Part shown: piece by piece, positions 27,001 through 37,587 of the stretch
Layout of the letters: the number at the start of each line of letters is the position of its first letter
Numbering within the stretch: position 1 is the first letter of the stretch
From: Octopus sinensis
Lineage: Eukaryota
NCBI RefSeq assembly: GCF_006345805.1
Contig: NC_043010.1
Location: 44,082,001-44,146,000, forward strand
Reading direction: 5' to 3'
DNA: 64,000 nt
Position numbers and translations under genes: made by a program
Notes under the pieces: model-generated
Seen by the model: only the letters and a program-made list of their open reading frames with translations
Databases searched by the model: none
What the model was told of the DNA's origin: nothing

Positions 27001-30000
27001 TGTTTTCAAGCTCAATGGAAAATTCAAGTTCATCAAACAATCTAACGAAATACAGATCAATTATAAAATGTTCTCACCACTTACAGTGAGATGGACTGGA
27101 CAATTGGCAGTTGAGTGTTTTTACAGAGACACACTACAACATAGTGACAAGATATGGTTTAATAGTCCTTTCAACAACAGAACTTATCAACAACAATTCT
27201 CATAAACATACAATAACTAATAACTGATATAATGTTGTCTTTAAAATCAAATAAAATACGTACCATCATAGCCAAGCCTCCAACAGCCTGACCGATGGAT
27301 CGCAGACCATCTGAAATATTCCCAGTTAGAGATTGACCAATGAGAGCAGTATCATTGGCTAAGCGATTCACAAGCTCTCCACTTTTTGTGTTATCAAAAA
27401 ATCCAATTTCTTGCCGCAGCAATGAAGAGTAGAGCTTTTCTCGCAGCCGTTGAACAATATTCTGTCCTGAAATGTACAGTAAATAACTTCCTCAATAATT
27501 CTGCATCAGCATAGGCCTGTATTGTACACATTTGCACAGTAAATACCTATTGCTTTAACAACATTTAACTTTCCTATGCATACAAACCAGCATTCTGCAT
27601 AACAATAAATTCTAAAATAAGTATAAAAATGCAACAATCTTCACTCTTCCACACCATATCCTCATCATTCCATTTAAATCAGAAGCTGGCTTTAAGGCAT
27701 TTACGCTAATCCATTTAAATTAAGAAACTAGATTTGGAGGTAAGAATTACATACAGTATTAGATAATATGCTCAAAATGAGAACTCCTCAGCACTTGTAC
27801 TTATCTCTGGTCCATAGGTTCATATTAATAAGAAATCAAAAAATGAATCTTCTCTCAGACTAAATTCTGGACTAATTTGCTGGTATTTATTTCTAATAGT
27901 TCATTGATTTGAAATATGCAGAAATGCACAGCCCAAATGAAATGCATGAAGTGGAATTGAACTCAAAATTTATGAGCTGGTAGTCTAATACTATATTCAT
28001 TTCCTATTTCAAAATTTCCATACTATGCTCAAGATATATATATATAGGGGAGGAATTCACAAAAAATAAAAGACGAAGACAGGTGGTGTAGACAACAAAC
28101 AGATGTATTAGTATAATGCTTGGGAAGTGAAAAAGTCTTTAACGTTTCGAGCCTACGCTCTTCCACAGAAAGGAACACAGAAAGAAACAAAGAGTACACA
28201 CACACATATATATATATATGATGAATACATGTGTATTTGTACACAATGAACAAAATGAATAACAATAATTCTTTCTACTATAGGCACAAGGCCTGAAATT
28301 TTGGGGAGGGGGATTGTTGATTACATCAACTCCAGTACTTAACTGGTACTTATTTCATCAACCCCAAAAGGATGAAAGGCAAAGTTGACCTTGGCAAAAT
28401 TTGAACTCAGAACATAAGGACAGACAAAATGCAACCAAGCATTTCGCCTGGCAGGCTAACGATTCTGCCAGCTTTCTGCTATGATAATAATAAGTTTCCC
28501 ACAATCATGATGCTGAGTGGATTTATTCGGTGAGATCTGAACTCCATCATCCAGAGGTTCCACGACTGGACCATAACAACGGAAAATGTAATTGTACAGG
28601 AAAGTGTTAAAAAGCATCCTCGTAGGGAAAATATATATGTTCCTTGCGGTAAACAATCTACTCCCAGCAGAACAAAAGGGATGCCGAAAAGGATCCAAGG
28701 ACCACCTTATGATAGACAAGGTTGTAATGAAGAACTGTAAACAGTACCAAAAAAACTTGTGCATGGCCTGGATAGACTTCAGAAAGGTTTACTTGTTGCT
28801 GCATTCGTGGATTTTGGAAACACTTGACATGTGTGGAATAGTTGAGAATGTGTGTGCACTGATTAAGAACAGCATGCCTAGTTGGAAAACATGTCTTTTC
28901 TGTAACAACTAGCACTTAGCCAAGGTAATAATCAAAAGAGGCATCTTCCAGGGGTGACTCTTGTTCACCTTTGTTAGTCATTATAGCCTTGATCCCACTT
29001 TCTATAGTCAATGCACACTATGTCTGAGAAAGAACAAGCCTCGTCTCAACCACCTTCTCTTCATAGATGACTGAAAACTGTTTGCAAAAATAGAGCCTGA
29101 AATGGAGAGGCTGGTTGAGACTGTGCAGATGTGTGATGCTCACTTTGAAGTAGGAGAAAAGAACAGATTGTAGGGGCATAGAATTGCCAAATGGAGAGAA
29201 AATGGAAGACCCAGCTGATGATGTGTACAAGTACCTTGGGATCCTGGAACTGGACAATATCTTGCACAGAGAAATGAAAGACAAGGTCATCATTGCAAAT
29301 TTCAAGTGCCTCAAACTTCTCTTGAAATAAAAACTCAACTCAAGGAACCTTGTGACTGCCATCAATAAATGGGCTGTTGCTGTAGTCCGCTATAGTGCAT
29401 CCATCCTGAAATGGACACAAGCGGAGATTAACCAACTCAATCACACTACCCAAAGGACAATGACAATGTATGGTGTCCTCCACCCTAAGGCGAATGTACA
29501 CAGGCTCTACATGAAGAAGGGTAAAGGTGAACGTGGGCTGATTAGCATATGGGAATGCATCAACAGTGAAAGAAGAAACATGGCAGAATATTTGGTAAAC
29601 AGCAAACAAGACTTGCTACAGTATGCTGCTAATGCAGAAGGATTTACCAAAAATGGACTTGAGAGTGCTCATGAATTCCGATCATGAACAGCCAACGAGA
29701 GAAGAAACCCTATTCTGCATGGAATTACATGGGCAGTTCCACCATGAAACTAACAAAAGACCAGGAAGCATCATGGAGGTGGCTCAGCAAGGGTGACCTA
29801 AAAAAAAAATACTGAAAGCATAATCATTGCTGCCCAGGATCAGGCATTAAATACCAACTCAGTGAAAAGGGATATATACCACACAAGTGCTACAAACCTC
29901 AGCCAAATGTGTGGGAATAGGGTCAAAAGCATGACTCACATTGTTAGTGCTTGAGAAAGTCTTGCACAGAAAGCATACAAGGACATGTGACAAAATAGCC

Positions 30001-30641
30001 CAAAACCTTCACTGGCTACTACGCTGAAAGTATAGATAACAGGTGCTTGGTACCAACATACACCGGAAAAGGTAATGGAGGAAAAGGGGAAGGCAAAAGT
30101 CTTCTGGGACTTTAACTTCCAGACAGACAAGGTGTTAGAGCACTGAAAGCTGGATATAGTAATATTTAGGAGGGACAAACAAGAAAGCCTAATATGGTTG
30201 TGCCAGGAGATCAACATACTATCATGAAAGAAAGAGAAAAGATTGATAGATATGGAGGCCTGAGAATTGAGATCACTAAGATGTGGCAGCTACAAGAGTC
30301 AAAAATAAAGGTTATCCCTATTGTCATCAGAGCATTGGGTTTAATACCACCCAATCTGAAAAAAACATCTGGAAACTTTAGAAATACCCAACAATCTGGG
30401 CATATTGCAAAAATTGGCATTACTTGGAACTATATGCATATTGTGTAAAGTAGTCTGTCTGGAGTCCTTGTTTTGACTTGACAGACAATATCTTCAATCA
30501 ACAACATCATGATATTGGATACTGTGCAATGTCTTAAATAATAATAATAATAATGATGATAACATAATATAAACATCAAAGGTTTGGGTGCATCACTTTT
30601 GGCCAACTCTCTGTGTGTGTGCATGTGTGTGTGTGTGTGTG

Positions 30642-30672
<31 letters not shown>

Positions 30673-33440
30673 CCTTGCATTTTAGTTAGTTGAGAGATGA
30701 CAAACAAATCTTACTTCACATTTAAATGATTTGCTTTATTAAGGACAATTATTTACAGTGAAAATGAAAAAACAAATTTTCTCTAGTAATTCATTAATGT
30801 TGACACTGGTGTGTGTGGTAGAGGAGACTGAATAAACTCTTATTGTAGAGTCAGCCTTTGATCTTACTACTCCCATCCTCATAAGAAAAAGTATAAGAAT
30901 TTTTATTTACCAAAATACATACCTGAAATTTGTATTAAATAGACACGTCCACAATTGGCCAAGCCACCAATCAAAAAGATAACCATAAGAGATTGGCACA
31001 TCACATTCAATTTACTCATAACATTTCCATCTTTGTAGGCAGAGTTTATGATGTCTACCACCTTGCCAATACAAAATGGCACTGCCATTGTCACAGTACT
31101 GGATACTAATAGAAATGTGATGGCTCCTACAAAGAAAAGAAGAAATTTGTTTGAAGTCAACACTAACACATGAACAGTGAATGTAGAAGACATGCAACAA
31201 TTGGTGTGAGATGAGTGTGGTGACTGTCTATTAGATTCACTGTGTTAATTTGTTAAAAAAAAAACAATGCATGTAAGTGAATTGAGAAGAACATTGGCTG
31301 ATGTGAGATGATTATGAGCTTCGGCTCTTTACAGTTCCTGGCTATATGCATACTTCAATACCTGAAGCAATATTACTTGAAAGTCTGCTTTCTTCCTTTC
31401 TCCAGTCTTTGCTGTCCACTGTTTGCTGCTCCACTTTACTGGATCCCACTCTTGCTATTGTCACAGCAACATGTGTGTTTTCTGCATCTGTACTCTTGTT
31501 CTGTTCATCAAGTTGTCCACTGTTATCATCTCTGCTGCTTCATCAAGATACAGCTGCAGAAACCAGTCACAAACACCAGTTTCACTGCTCTCACCATGAC
31601 TCTGCTATTTGCTGTATATCTTGTACACATCTTCCACGTACATATCTTTTAATTGTTCCTCAAGTTTCTGCTCAGACTCTATAGATATATACTCAGCTTG
31701 CTTCCTTCCAGTTACAGTGGCATGAGACTTACCACATCTTGTTTAACCTGCAGCTTAGTGACAAATCTTGTTCTTTTGATACAGGCTACCTCACTTTTGC
31801 TGGAAAAAAACTTGAGAACATCGTTGCCAATCCTACTTTCATTATCATGTCAAATGTTGACAAAAGTGAAAAAAGAAACCAAAAGAGCTTTTAGTATAAT
31901 GGACAAAAATTGTCTTACTTTAATTTCTGGAATGACATTGAAAGGAACCCCTCACTTGACAACTTGAACTTGCTATACAACTCAGAGACCTTCACTATCC
32001 CAACCACTGGCCTGAAACTACATGCAGAAACCCCTAAAATACACCTATTTTAGTCAACACCCTCAGTCCAAAAGAGGCCACTCAAGTCTTCTTCTTCACT
32101 TGATGTCACTTCTCCTTTCGCTTCCATTCGGGTCTCTTGACTGCTCACTTCCACTCTTCTGATATCATTAGTGCATGCCACAAACTCGAAGTTAAAACAA
32201 TTTATGAGCCTTAAAAAATAAATATTATTATGCAATTTCAAAAAAGCTATACCATGAATCATATCAGCATAAAGTTGTGATAGAACAAGCAATTCTACAT
32301 TTTATATAATCAAAATTTTTTAATAGATATTTTAATGGTACAAAATCCATTAATCTGTGCTGTAGGTTAGAGTTAGCCATGGAAACATTACCTGCTTTTG
32401 GATATATTTCAAGACTGAGTTGATTGGTTAATTTTTGACAGATTATATTTTCTTCCACTAGAGGACATTTAGTAGCCAAACATATAAATCTAAATTGAAT
32501 AACAGAAAACGTCTTAGATTATGAAGGAGGTGTAATCATATGGCCAGCTGACAGTAACCCAGTGAAGAACAACTTTTACAGACTTTTTAGCTAGACATGA
32601 GACACAAAGGTGGATCTTCAGTCCCACAGATTCTGCATTAGATTGAGCCTAGTTGATGGTACAGTCCTATCGTGTTAGATGGTTAAAGTTTTTTTGTAAT
32701 AGCCTGAAGAATCCCTTATAGATGAAAAAGTTTGTTCAGCTGTTTTGAAATCGCAATTTTAAAATCATCTCAATAGCTAATACAATTAAATTCCGAAAAA
32801 ATGAATTAGCAGGTTTTATCATAACAGTGATAAAATTATGATAAAACAGTTATAAGTAGGTCTTATCATAACGGTGATAAAATTATAAATTATATTTAAT
32901 ATATATAAGATTCCATGTGGTTTGGAAGTTAATTGGATTTAAAAAAATGTTTTCCTTACCGAATATCTTCCATTTTTCTCCTTTCGCGAGCCCCAGCAAT
33001 CTTTTTAAGTCCGATCTATGTGGTACTTTAGCATAATTTTTTGCCTGAAAAGTATTCTTGTCGATAACTGTAGAACATGATCTGTTACGTCCACCTCGAA
33101 GAACTAAAGTTCGTACCAGGGGAGGTGTACTAAGGCTTTTTATTAATGGAGGCCACTGTTTTAATTTATAATTCTGTTGAAAAATGCGACCCACGCCAAA
33201 ACACGTCGCACTGTTTCGCAGTAGATGTCCGGGTATTAAACATGCCATGCCACCTGGACCCAGTATGAATGCTTTCCGGGTTAAACTGAGATTAGTTTTA
33301 AACATTCGAGTCGCCAAATTCCCTGGAAAGCTAACGTGCATTGATAATTTCTGCCCTTCATGAACCGACTTCACTCCATAGGACGAAGAACAATTGGGAA
33401 CATATCGCCGAAGTTGAAAAGTTGTCGATCCATAAAACAT
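8631..33440 (-). CDS. ABCB10: ATP-binding cassette sub-family B member 10, mitochondrial (whole gene, 13 exons, 731 aa)
   Basis: Exons 33440-32960, 31126-30923, 27466-27264, 26304-26170, 23263-23117, 18296-18161, 16873-16778, 14996-14790, 13846-13767, 12491-12311, 11131-11088, 10342-10308, 8877-8631 splice into one open frame of 2196 nt. Basic presequence-like N-terminus, ABCB TMD ([41 protein letters not shown]), Walker [18 protein letters not shown] signature, [12 protein letters not shown] Walker B/D-loop, IAHRLSTI H-loop. Confidence 0.93.
8949..9764 (+). mobile_element. pogo/Tigger-like non-autonomous DNA transposon in ABCB10 intron 12
   Basis: TIRs CCGTAAATCCTCGAGTATAATCCGC and GCGGACTATACTCGAGGATTTATGG with TA on both flanks; internal 9352-9456 encodes the acidic tail [34 protein letters not shown], typical of pogo transposase C-termini. 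Confidence 0.75.
10100..10290 (-). mobile_element. SINE family A copy
   Basis: GATGAAAGGCAAAGTCAACCTTAGCAGAATTTGAACTCAGAAC, reverse complement of the family A core; abuts the exon 12 donor. Confidence 0.7.
10308..10342 (-). CDS. ABCB10: ABCB10 exon 12 (35 nt, Walker B)
   Basis: ttttAG; [11 protein letters not shown](S); GTAAG donor; phase 0-2. Confidence 0.9.
11088..11131 (-). CDS. ABCB10: ABCB10 exon 11 (44 nt, ABC signature)
   Basis: tatcAG; [15 protein letters not shown]; GTAAG donor. Confidence 0.92.
12311..12491 (-). CDS. ABCB10: ABCB10 exon 10
   Basis: tttcAG; [16 protein letters not shown]...[17 protein letters not shown]; GTGAG donor. Confidence 0.92.
13767..13846 (-). CDS. ABCB10: ABCB10 exon 9 (Q-loop)
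   Basis: ttctAG; [27 protein letters not shown]; GTAAT donor. Confidence 0.92.
14790..14996 (-). CDS. ABCB10: ABCB10 exon 8 (Walker A)
   Basis: cacAG; [25 protein letters not shown]...[24 protein letters not shown]; GTAAT donor. Confidence 0.92.
15190..16747 (-). mobile_element. Ty3/gypsy LTR-retrotransposon remnant (probable 5' LTR, PBS and decayed gag) in ABCB10 intron 7
   Basis: Frameshifted gag-like peptides ([20 protein letters not shown]...FPAYY; [35 protein letters not shown]; RILSKMEQ...[19 protein letters not shown]). On the minus strand TGTTGTGG at 16747 is a possible LTR start and TTGGTGGC at about 16103 a possible PBS. Confidence 0.6.
16133..16512 (-). mobile_element. SINE family B, near full length, nested in the putative LTR
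   Basis: Minus-strand head AGGAGTAGCTGTGTGGTAAGTAGCTTGC...GGTTCAGTCCCAC (tRNA-like A/B boxes), internal (CA/TA) spacer, 3' end AAATGACTGAAACAAGTAAAAG. Confidence 0.8.
16778..16873 (-). CDS. ABCB10: ABCB10 exon 7
   Basis: tttcAG; [32 protein letters not shown]; GTAAG donor. Confidence 0.92.
17297..17535 (-). mobile_element. SINE family A copy
   Basis: Reverse-complement core GGAATTTGAATTGAGAATG...CTGCCAACTTGCCGCC. Confidence 0.7.
18161..18296 (-). CDS. ABCB10: ABCB10 exon 6
   Basis: ttttAG; [45 protein letters not shown]; GTAAG donor. Confidence 0.92.
18322..19280. repeat. Compound (TA)n satellite with recurring GTATGTATATATAATTATATATATATAGG unit
   Basis: About 960 bp of TA dinucleotides punctuated at regular intervals by gtatgtatatataatt and taggta. 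Confidence 0.9.
19281..19620 (-). mobile_element. Helitron-like non-autonomous element 3' end
   Basis: On the minus strand an imperfect hairpin CCGGGTGAAACCAGG lies about 10 nt before a CTAG-T terminus, the canonical Helitron 3' signature. Confidence 0.45.
19621..20310 (-). mobile_element. Tc1-like transposon 5' half (decayed transposase)
   Basis: [20 protein letters not shown]...[21 protein letters not shown] (HTH), then in another frame [10 protein letters not shown] and [12 protein letters not shown] (first catalytic D); TIR-like end TACACAGACATGCAGGAAATAAATAAACAC at 20310. Confidence 0.8.
20745..20945 (+). mobile_element. Penelope-like terminal-repeat (pLTR)-type short element carrying a minimal hammerhead motif
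   Basis: About 200 bp unit between (TA)n tracts containing GTTT-CTGATGA-A-GAGC-TCC-GCTC-GAAA-TG-TT-AAAT. Confidence 0.6.
20815..20849 (+). ncRNA. Minimal type I hammerhead ribozyme motif
   Basis: Canonical CUGAUGA and GAAA boxes, stem II GAGC/GCUC, stem I GUUU/AAAU, vestigial stem III, GUU cleavage triplet. Confidence 0.6.
21224..21710. repeat. Long fold-back inverted repeat (arms about 234 bp, 20-nt spacer) in ABCB10 intron 5
   Basis: 21224-21457 is the near-exact reverse complement of 21478-21710; this explains the twin ORFs 21260-21445(-) and 21490-21675(+). Confidence 0.92.
23117..23263 (-). CDS. ABCB10: ABCB10 exon 5
   Basis: tctcAG; [21 protein letters not shown]...AKALFFGF; GTGAGT donor. 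Confidence 0.92.
25430..25980 (+). mobile_element. Very decayed Tc1/mariner transposase remnant
   Basis: Short peptides NPSTSI and [12 protein letters not shown] resemble the HTH/linker region of mariner-like transposases; weak. Confidence 0.3.
26170..26304 (-). CDS. ABCB10: ABCB10 exon 4
   Basis: ttacAG; [45 protein letters not shown]; GTAAGT donor. Not in ORF track. Confidence 0.92.
26636..26785 (-). mobile_element. SINE family A copy
   Basis: AACTGGTACTTATTTAATC...GGCAAGGTTGACCTCAGCGAAATTTGAACTCAGAATG...ATTCTGCCAGCT. Confidence 0.7.
27264..27466 (-). CDS. ABCB10: ABCB10 exon 3
   Basis: tttcAG; [40 protein letters not shown]...GLAMM; GTACG donor. Confidence 0.92.
28045..28200 (-). mobile_element. 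Penelope pLTR-type short element (same family as 35672 and 50333) with hammerhead-like motif
   Basis: Shared sequence AGACGAAGACAGGTGGTGTA...AAACAGATGTATTAGTATA...TTTCGAGCCTACGCTCTTC across three loci, each flanked by (TA)n/(CA)n. Confidence 0.65.
28137..28172 (-). ncRNA. Minimal hammerhead-like motif, variant core
   Basis: Minus strand CTTT-CTGTGGA-A-GAGC-GTAG-GCTC-GAAA-CG-TT-AAAG: stems I and II perfect, palindromic AACGUU at stem III; core has U at position 6. Confidence 0.5.
28265..28475 (-). mobile_element. SINE family A copy, near full length
   Basis: TAGGCACAAGGCCTGAAATTTTGGGGAGGG...GGCAAAGTTGACCTTGGCAAAATTTGAACTCAGAAC...ATTCTGCCAGCT. Confidence 0.75.
28494..30560 (+). mobile_element. 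5'-truncated, inactive R4/Dong-like non-LTR retrotransposon (RT plus RLE endonuclease) in ABCB10 intron 2, antisense to host
   Basis: Frameshifted motifs [116 protein letters not shown]; (TAA)n at both ends. Confidence 0.85.
30923..31126 (-). CDS. ABCB10: ABCB10 exon 2
   Basis: tttgtAG acceptor; [25 protein letters not shown]...GRVYLIQIS; GTATG donor; phase 1-1. Confidence 0.92.
32960..33440 (-). CDS. ABCB10: ABCB10 exon 1 (putative long mitochondrial presequence)
   Basis: ATG at 33440-33438; R/K/S-rich with one acidic residue in the first ~125 aa; ends [18 protein letters not shown]|GTAAG. Exact start codon not certain. Confidence 0.8.
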
Positions 33441-34585
33441 TATATTTTTGATGGAATGATTTTCCAGAAAAAAAAAGGAAAGTGGGATTTTTTTTTTCTT
33501 CTTTTGTAGGAACGAATTTGAATCCCAGGAAGGAATTAGTAATCAAAGCATGTCAAATCAACCGGTGTATTAAAAAGAGAAATATTCCTGTTTAAATATT
33601 TCCAGGCACATTCAGTTATAGAAAATATTCAGAGGAATATCCCCAGATTCTACTACTTTGCTATTATAGAAAACTGTAGGTGTCAAGGGTTCAAGTTTAT
33701 CGTATAACTAGCGCACTTAAACTTTTGCCTGTGACATTTTCTTGCTGTGCTTGAATATTGTTTATTATATTAGGCCTAAACGTCACTCTTTGCCCTTCGA
33801 TAAAATACATTTCTTAGGTTATATATTTCTACATTTTTCTCAAGAAATTTATTCGCTTTCTTTTCTTTCTCGCCTCTTATCCTCAGAATCCATAGATAGC
33901 AGGATATTTAGGTAATATTTCGGAATTTATTAACATTAAGCTTTATGCCCTTCAAGAACACATAGACCTCTAAATGAACTTCTGTAGTATTGTACTTGCC
34001 TTTTCATACATTTCGCCTACGGGTAACTGTATTTGTTAATTTTTAGCTACTATTAATCTAGATTTTGAGATAGAAACAAATGTTGGCTTCAGTTTCTATG
34101 GTTTCGTTGAGAGTTTGAATTATACAAGCTCCAGATCAAGCAGATCATAACAGAATTATGATTAAAAGCAGGGGTTCCCAAACAGACAACCACGGTGCGG
34201 CGGTGTGATCTTGTGGAGTACTTGGATAAGTCGTGCATTCTTAAAAATAAAATTTAATGTTTTAACAAAACCGTGCAAATGCTTGAACGTAGGTTCTGCT
34301 TTTACCGGAATTTTTAATTTTAAAAATAATTTTCTTCAACTTTCCATATGAAATATGTCAGTAATAATTTAGTGAATCTTTAGTGTGTCACGTTAAAAAA
34401 AATTGATCTAAATTTTTCCTGTTTTGACCATCTTTTTGGCTGTATCTAGACTACATTACCTAGTGTGTCCTTCCCTGAAAAAAATGTTGGGCATGATTTG
34501 GGGAAGATTTAAATGCTATTCCTAGCTGGTTAAAGATCGCATAAAGACTCGTTCATTGGTTATATATATATATAATATATATATA

Positions 34586-34810
34586 TTCTTTTATTCATTT
34601 ATTTGTTTCAGTCATTTGACTGCGGCCATGCTGAAGCACCGCCTTAAGTCGAAAAAAATCGACCTCAGGACTTATTCTTTGTAAGCCCAGTACTTATTCT
34701 ATCGTTCTCTTTTGCCGAACCGCTATGATACGGGGACGTAAATACACCAACATCGGTTGTCTAGCGATGGTGGTGGAGACAAACACAGACATGCACACAC
34801 ACACACACAT
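34586..34810 (-). mobile_element. SINE family B 3' portion
   Basis: TTGTTTCAGTCATTTGACTGCGGCCATGCTG...TACGGGGACGTAAATACACC, matching 16133-16340. Confidence 0.75.
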
Positions 34811-35671
34811 ATCTGTGGGGCAGCTGATGGTGGAGGTTTGTTGGATTGTGGGTATGGCTGTTATTGTATGTGTGGCATAGTTTTATAAGACATCTATTTG
34901 ATCTATATGTATGTGTGTGTGTGTAGTGGCTTCATGCAGGCCATGGATTCAATCCTCTATGGCCAAATTTCACTTAACAGTTCAACAGCACTTTTCTCAC
35001 TGAAAAGCAATAGTTTTTCTTTGAGTGACAGCAGTTACATTTATCAGATGCCTTTGCTAAGCAGAATGATGTCTTTGCCACTTGACCCTTCTAACCTCTT
35101 TTAGGCCACCAAAAACTGGAATAGAGATAACAAACCTCCAACGAAATCTATTGTCCTCAACTAGCTGGTTTTGGATAGTTATAAATACTAGAATTTGGTA
35201 AGGCAAAACCAGTTAGTGAGAGCAACATTTAGGGAACAGACAACTAGAGTCATGGCCACAAGCAACCAGCCACTAAAGACAAACGGCCAGAGGGAAAAAG
35301 AAAGTTACAATCAGCGACTATGAGACACAACTTCCCTCAGCTCTCACTCTCACTAGCTCACTTTCTTTTCTCAAGAACTTTACTCCATCTCTATCTGTAG
35401 GTTACTACAACATAATGGTGAGAACACAAACACCAACTATACAAGAAGTTAACTTCCTTTATCTTGCATGCCCTTCCACTTATATTATATCACACACCTG
35501 CCTGTTGAGGCATGGAATTATATTAAGTAATGGTAAATAAATATTTCTTTATGACTTTGATCACTGTTTGTCTTTCATCTTGTGCATCAACAATAACCTC
35601 ATGACCACTGATTCTACCTTAACAATAACCATTAAACACACACACACACATACACACACATATATATATAT

Positions 35672-35859
35672 AAAGGGAAAGTTTACAAAGATAAACAAAA
35701 GACAAAGGCAGGTGGTGTACAAACAAACAGATGTATTAGTATAGCACTCAGGAACAGAAAAAGTCTTTTACATTTCGAGCCTACACTCTTCTACAGAAAG
35801 GTACACAGAAAAAACAAGGAGAGAAAAAAAATGTGTGTAGTAGCTAATGATCTATCATG

Positions 35860-35860
<1 letters not shown>
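35672..35860 (-). mobile_element. Penelope pLTR-type short element with hammerhead-like motif at 35765-35800
   Basis: Minus strand CTTT-CTGTAGA-A-GAGT-GTAG-GCTC-GAAA-TG-TA-AAAG; homologous to the 28045 copy. Confidence 0.6.
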
Positions 35861-35895
<35 letters not shown>

Positions 35896-35899
<4 letters not shown>

Positions 35900-36050
35900 G
35901 GTTTCTTTCAGTTTCCATCTACCAAATCAACTCAAAAGCTTTGGTCAGCCTGAGGCTATAGTAGAAAACACTTGCCCAAGGTGCCACGCTGTGGGAATGA
36001 ACCTGGAGCCATGTGGTTGGGAAGTGAGTGTCTTACCACATAGCCACGCA
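35896..36050 (-). mobile_element. SINE family B 5' portion
   Basis: TTTCAGTTTCCATCTACCAAATC...CACTTGCCCAAGGTGCCACGC...CATGTGGTTGG. Confidence 0.75.
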
Positions 36051-36178
36051 TTCTCTCCCTATTTTTACCATGGCCGGTCCCATACCATAGCCACGTGCAT
36101 AGGATCAAGCACTGTCAAAGCCAAAGGGTAGCATGCTGCACAAGGTGTACAAGAAGGTCGTAGCTATATATATATATA

Positions 36179-36790
36179 TCATCATCGTTTAACGTCCGCT
36201 TTCCATGCTAGCATGGGTTGGACGATTTTGACTGAGGGCTGGTGAACCAGATGGCTGCACCAGGCTCCAATCTTGATTTGGCTGAGTTTCTACAGCTGGA
36301 TGCCCTTCCTAACGCCAACTACTCTGAGTGTGTAGTGGGTGCTTTTTACGTGCCACCGGCACAGGAGCGAGTCAGGCGGTACTGGCAATGACCTCTCTCG
36401 AATCCTTTTACACATGCCACCAGCACAGGTGCCAGTAAGGCAACGCTGGTAACGATCACGCTCAAATGGTGCCCTTTAAGTGCCACTGGCACAGAAGCTG
36501 ATTAGCCGCTCTGTCAATGATCACGCTCGTATGGTGCTCTTTGCGCCCTGCTAGCACGGACACCAGTCATCGAATTTGATTTTGATTTTGATTTTGCTTT
36601 TGATTGATTTCACTTGCCTCAACAGGTCTTCGCAAGCAGAGTTTTAGTGTCCAAAGAAGGAAAAGGTACGCATAAGTGGACTGGTTACACCCCTGGCATA
36701 GGTCATGAGATTATGGTTTCATTTGGCTTGCCGTCTCTTCTCATGCACGGCATATTTCCAAAGGTCTCGGTCACTAGTCATTTCCTTGGT
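36179..36790 (-). mobile_element. SINE family C / RTE-derived element with internal ~60-bp repeats
   Basis: ATCATCGTTTAACGTCCGCTTTCCATGCTAGCATGGGTTGG tail and repeated TTTTACGTGCCACCGGCAC-like units. Confidence 0.75.
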
Positions 36791-36791
36791 A

Positions 36792-37250
36792 TATGAGGTG
36801 CATTCAGAAATTTTCACTTTTTTAGAAGAGGTAGTTTTAAATGTCCTAGATTATTGTAATTTTAGCAAGTCATTACTATACATCTAATAAGCTGACCTAC
36901 CAATTTTCATTATTCCAGAGTGAAGGTAACTGCTGTGACAACATTCTGAATACGCCCCAATAAACACTGCTTGTCACAGCTGACTAGTTTGCAGAATGCA
37001 GCTGGGATGTTTGAATGCTCCACTATGCAATAAAGTTTTGTGTTAAACTGGGCAAAAACACTACAGAAACTTATAAAATGCTCCAGATTGCATATGGATT
37101 AAATTTTCAGCTGGCACAAAAGGTCCAAGGACAGTAGAGAGGAGGTGAGAGATGATGGGAGGTTGGAATGGGAAAGGGACATTAGAATGTCAGAGCTGGT
37201 TAAGAAAATTTGCCCTTTTCTGGATGAAGACCATTACATATCTAGACACC
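36792..37250 (+). mobile_element. mariner 5' remnant (HTH region)
   Basis: YAIKFCVKLGKNTTETYKMLQIAYG at about 37023-37097, then WHKRSKDSREEVRDDGR, the Mos1/HTH_48-type N-terminus; TATGAGGTGCATTC TIR-like start. Confidence 0.7.
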
Positions 37251-37587
37251 GAAGACAGAAATTGAAAAGAACCCATTATATATTTATAAATTTGCGTGCT
37301 TATGTGTGTGCGCGTGCATGTGCATATGTGTGTGTGTGTTTGTGTCTATGTTTGTATTGATTTCATGTGAAGATTATTAATAGGCGTCACTGTCATACAA
37401 GCAATGTTGTTCATTTCCTGTCTTCTATGGTAAAGAAACATTAACTTTCATAGAAGTAGGTGAGGCTTAGCAACAGGAAACAGTATCTGGTTGTAGGAAA
37501 TCTGCTTTAACAAATCCAGTGTGAGCCATACAAACAGAAATATAGACAATAATGATAATGGTGACAATAATGATGATCATGATATAT

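Noticed and set aside
31200-32050. Overlapping 100+ aa plus-strand ORFs in ABCB10 intron 1
   Set aside because: No recognisable domain or splice structure; probably a decayed repeat that I cannot classify.
32701-32742. CTGAAGA-ATC...GAT-GAAA motif in ABCB10 intron 1
   Set aside because: Stem I is out of register and stem III is unconvincing; at best a highly decayed motif.
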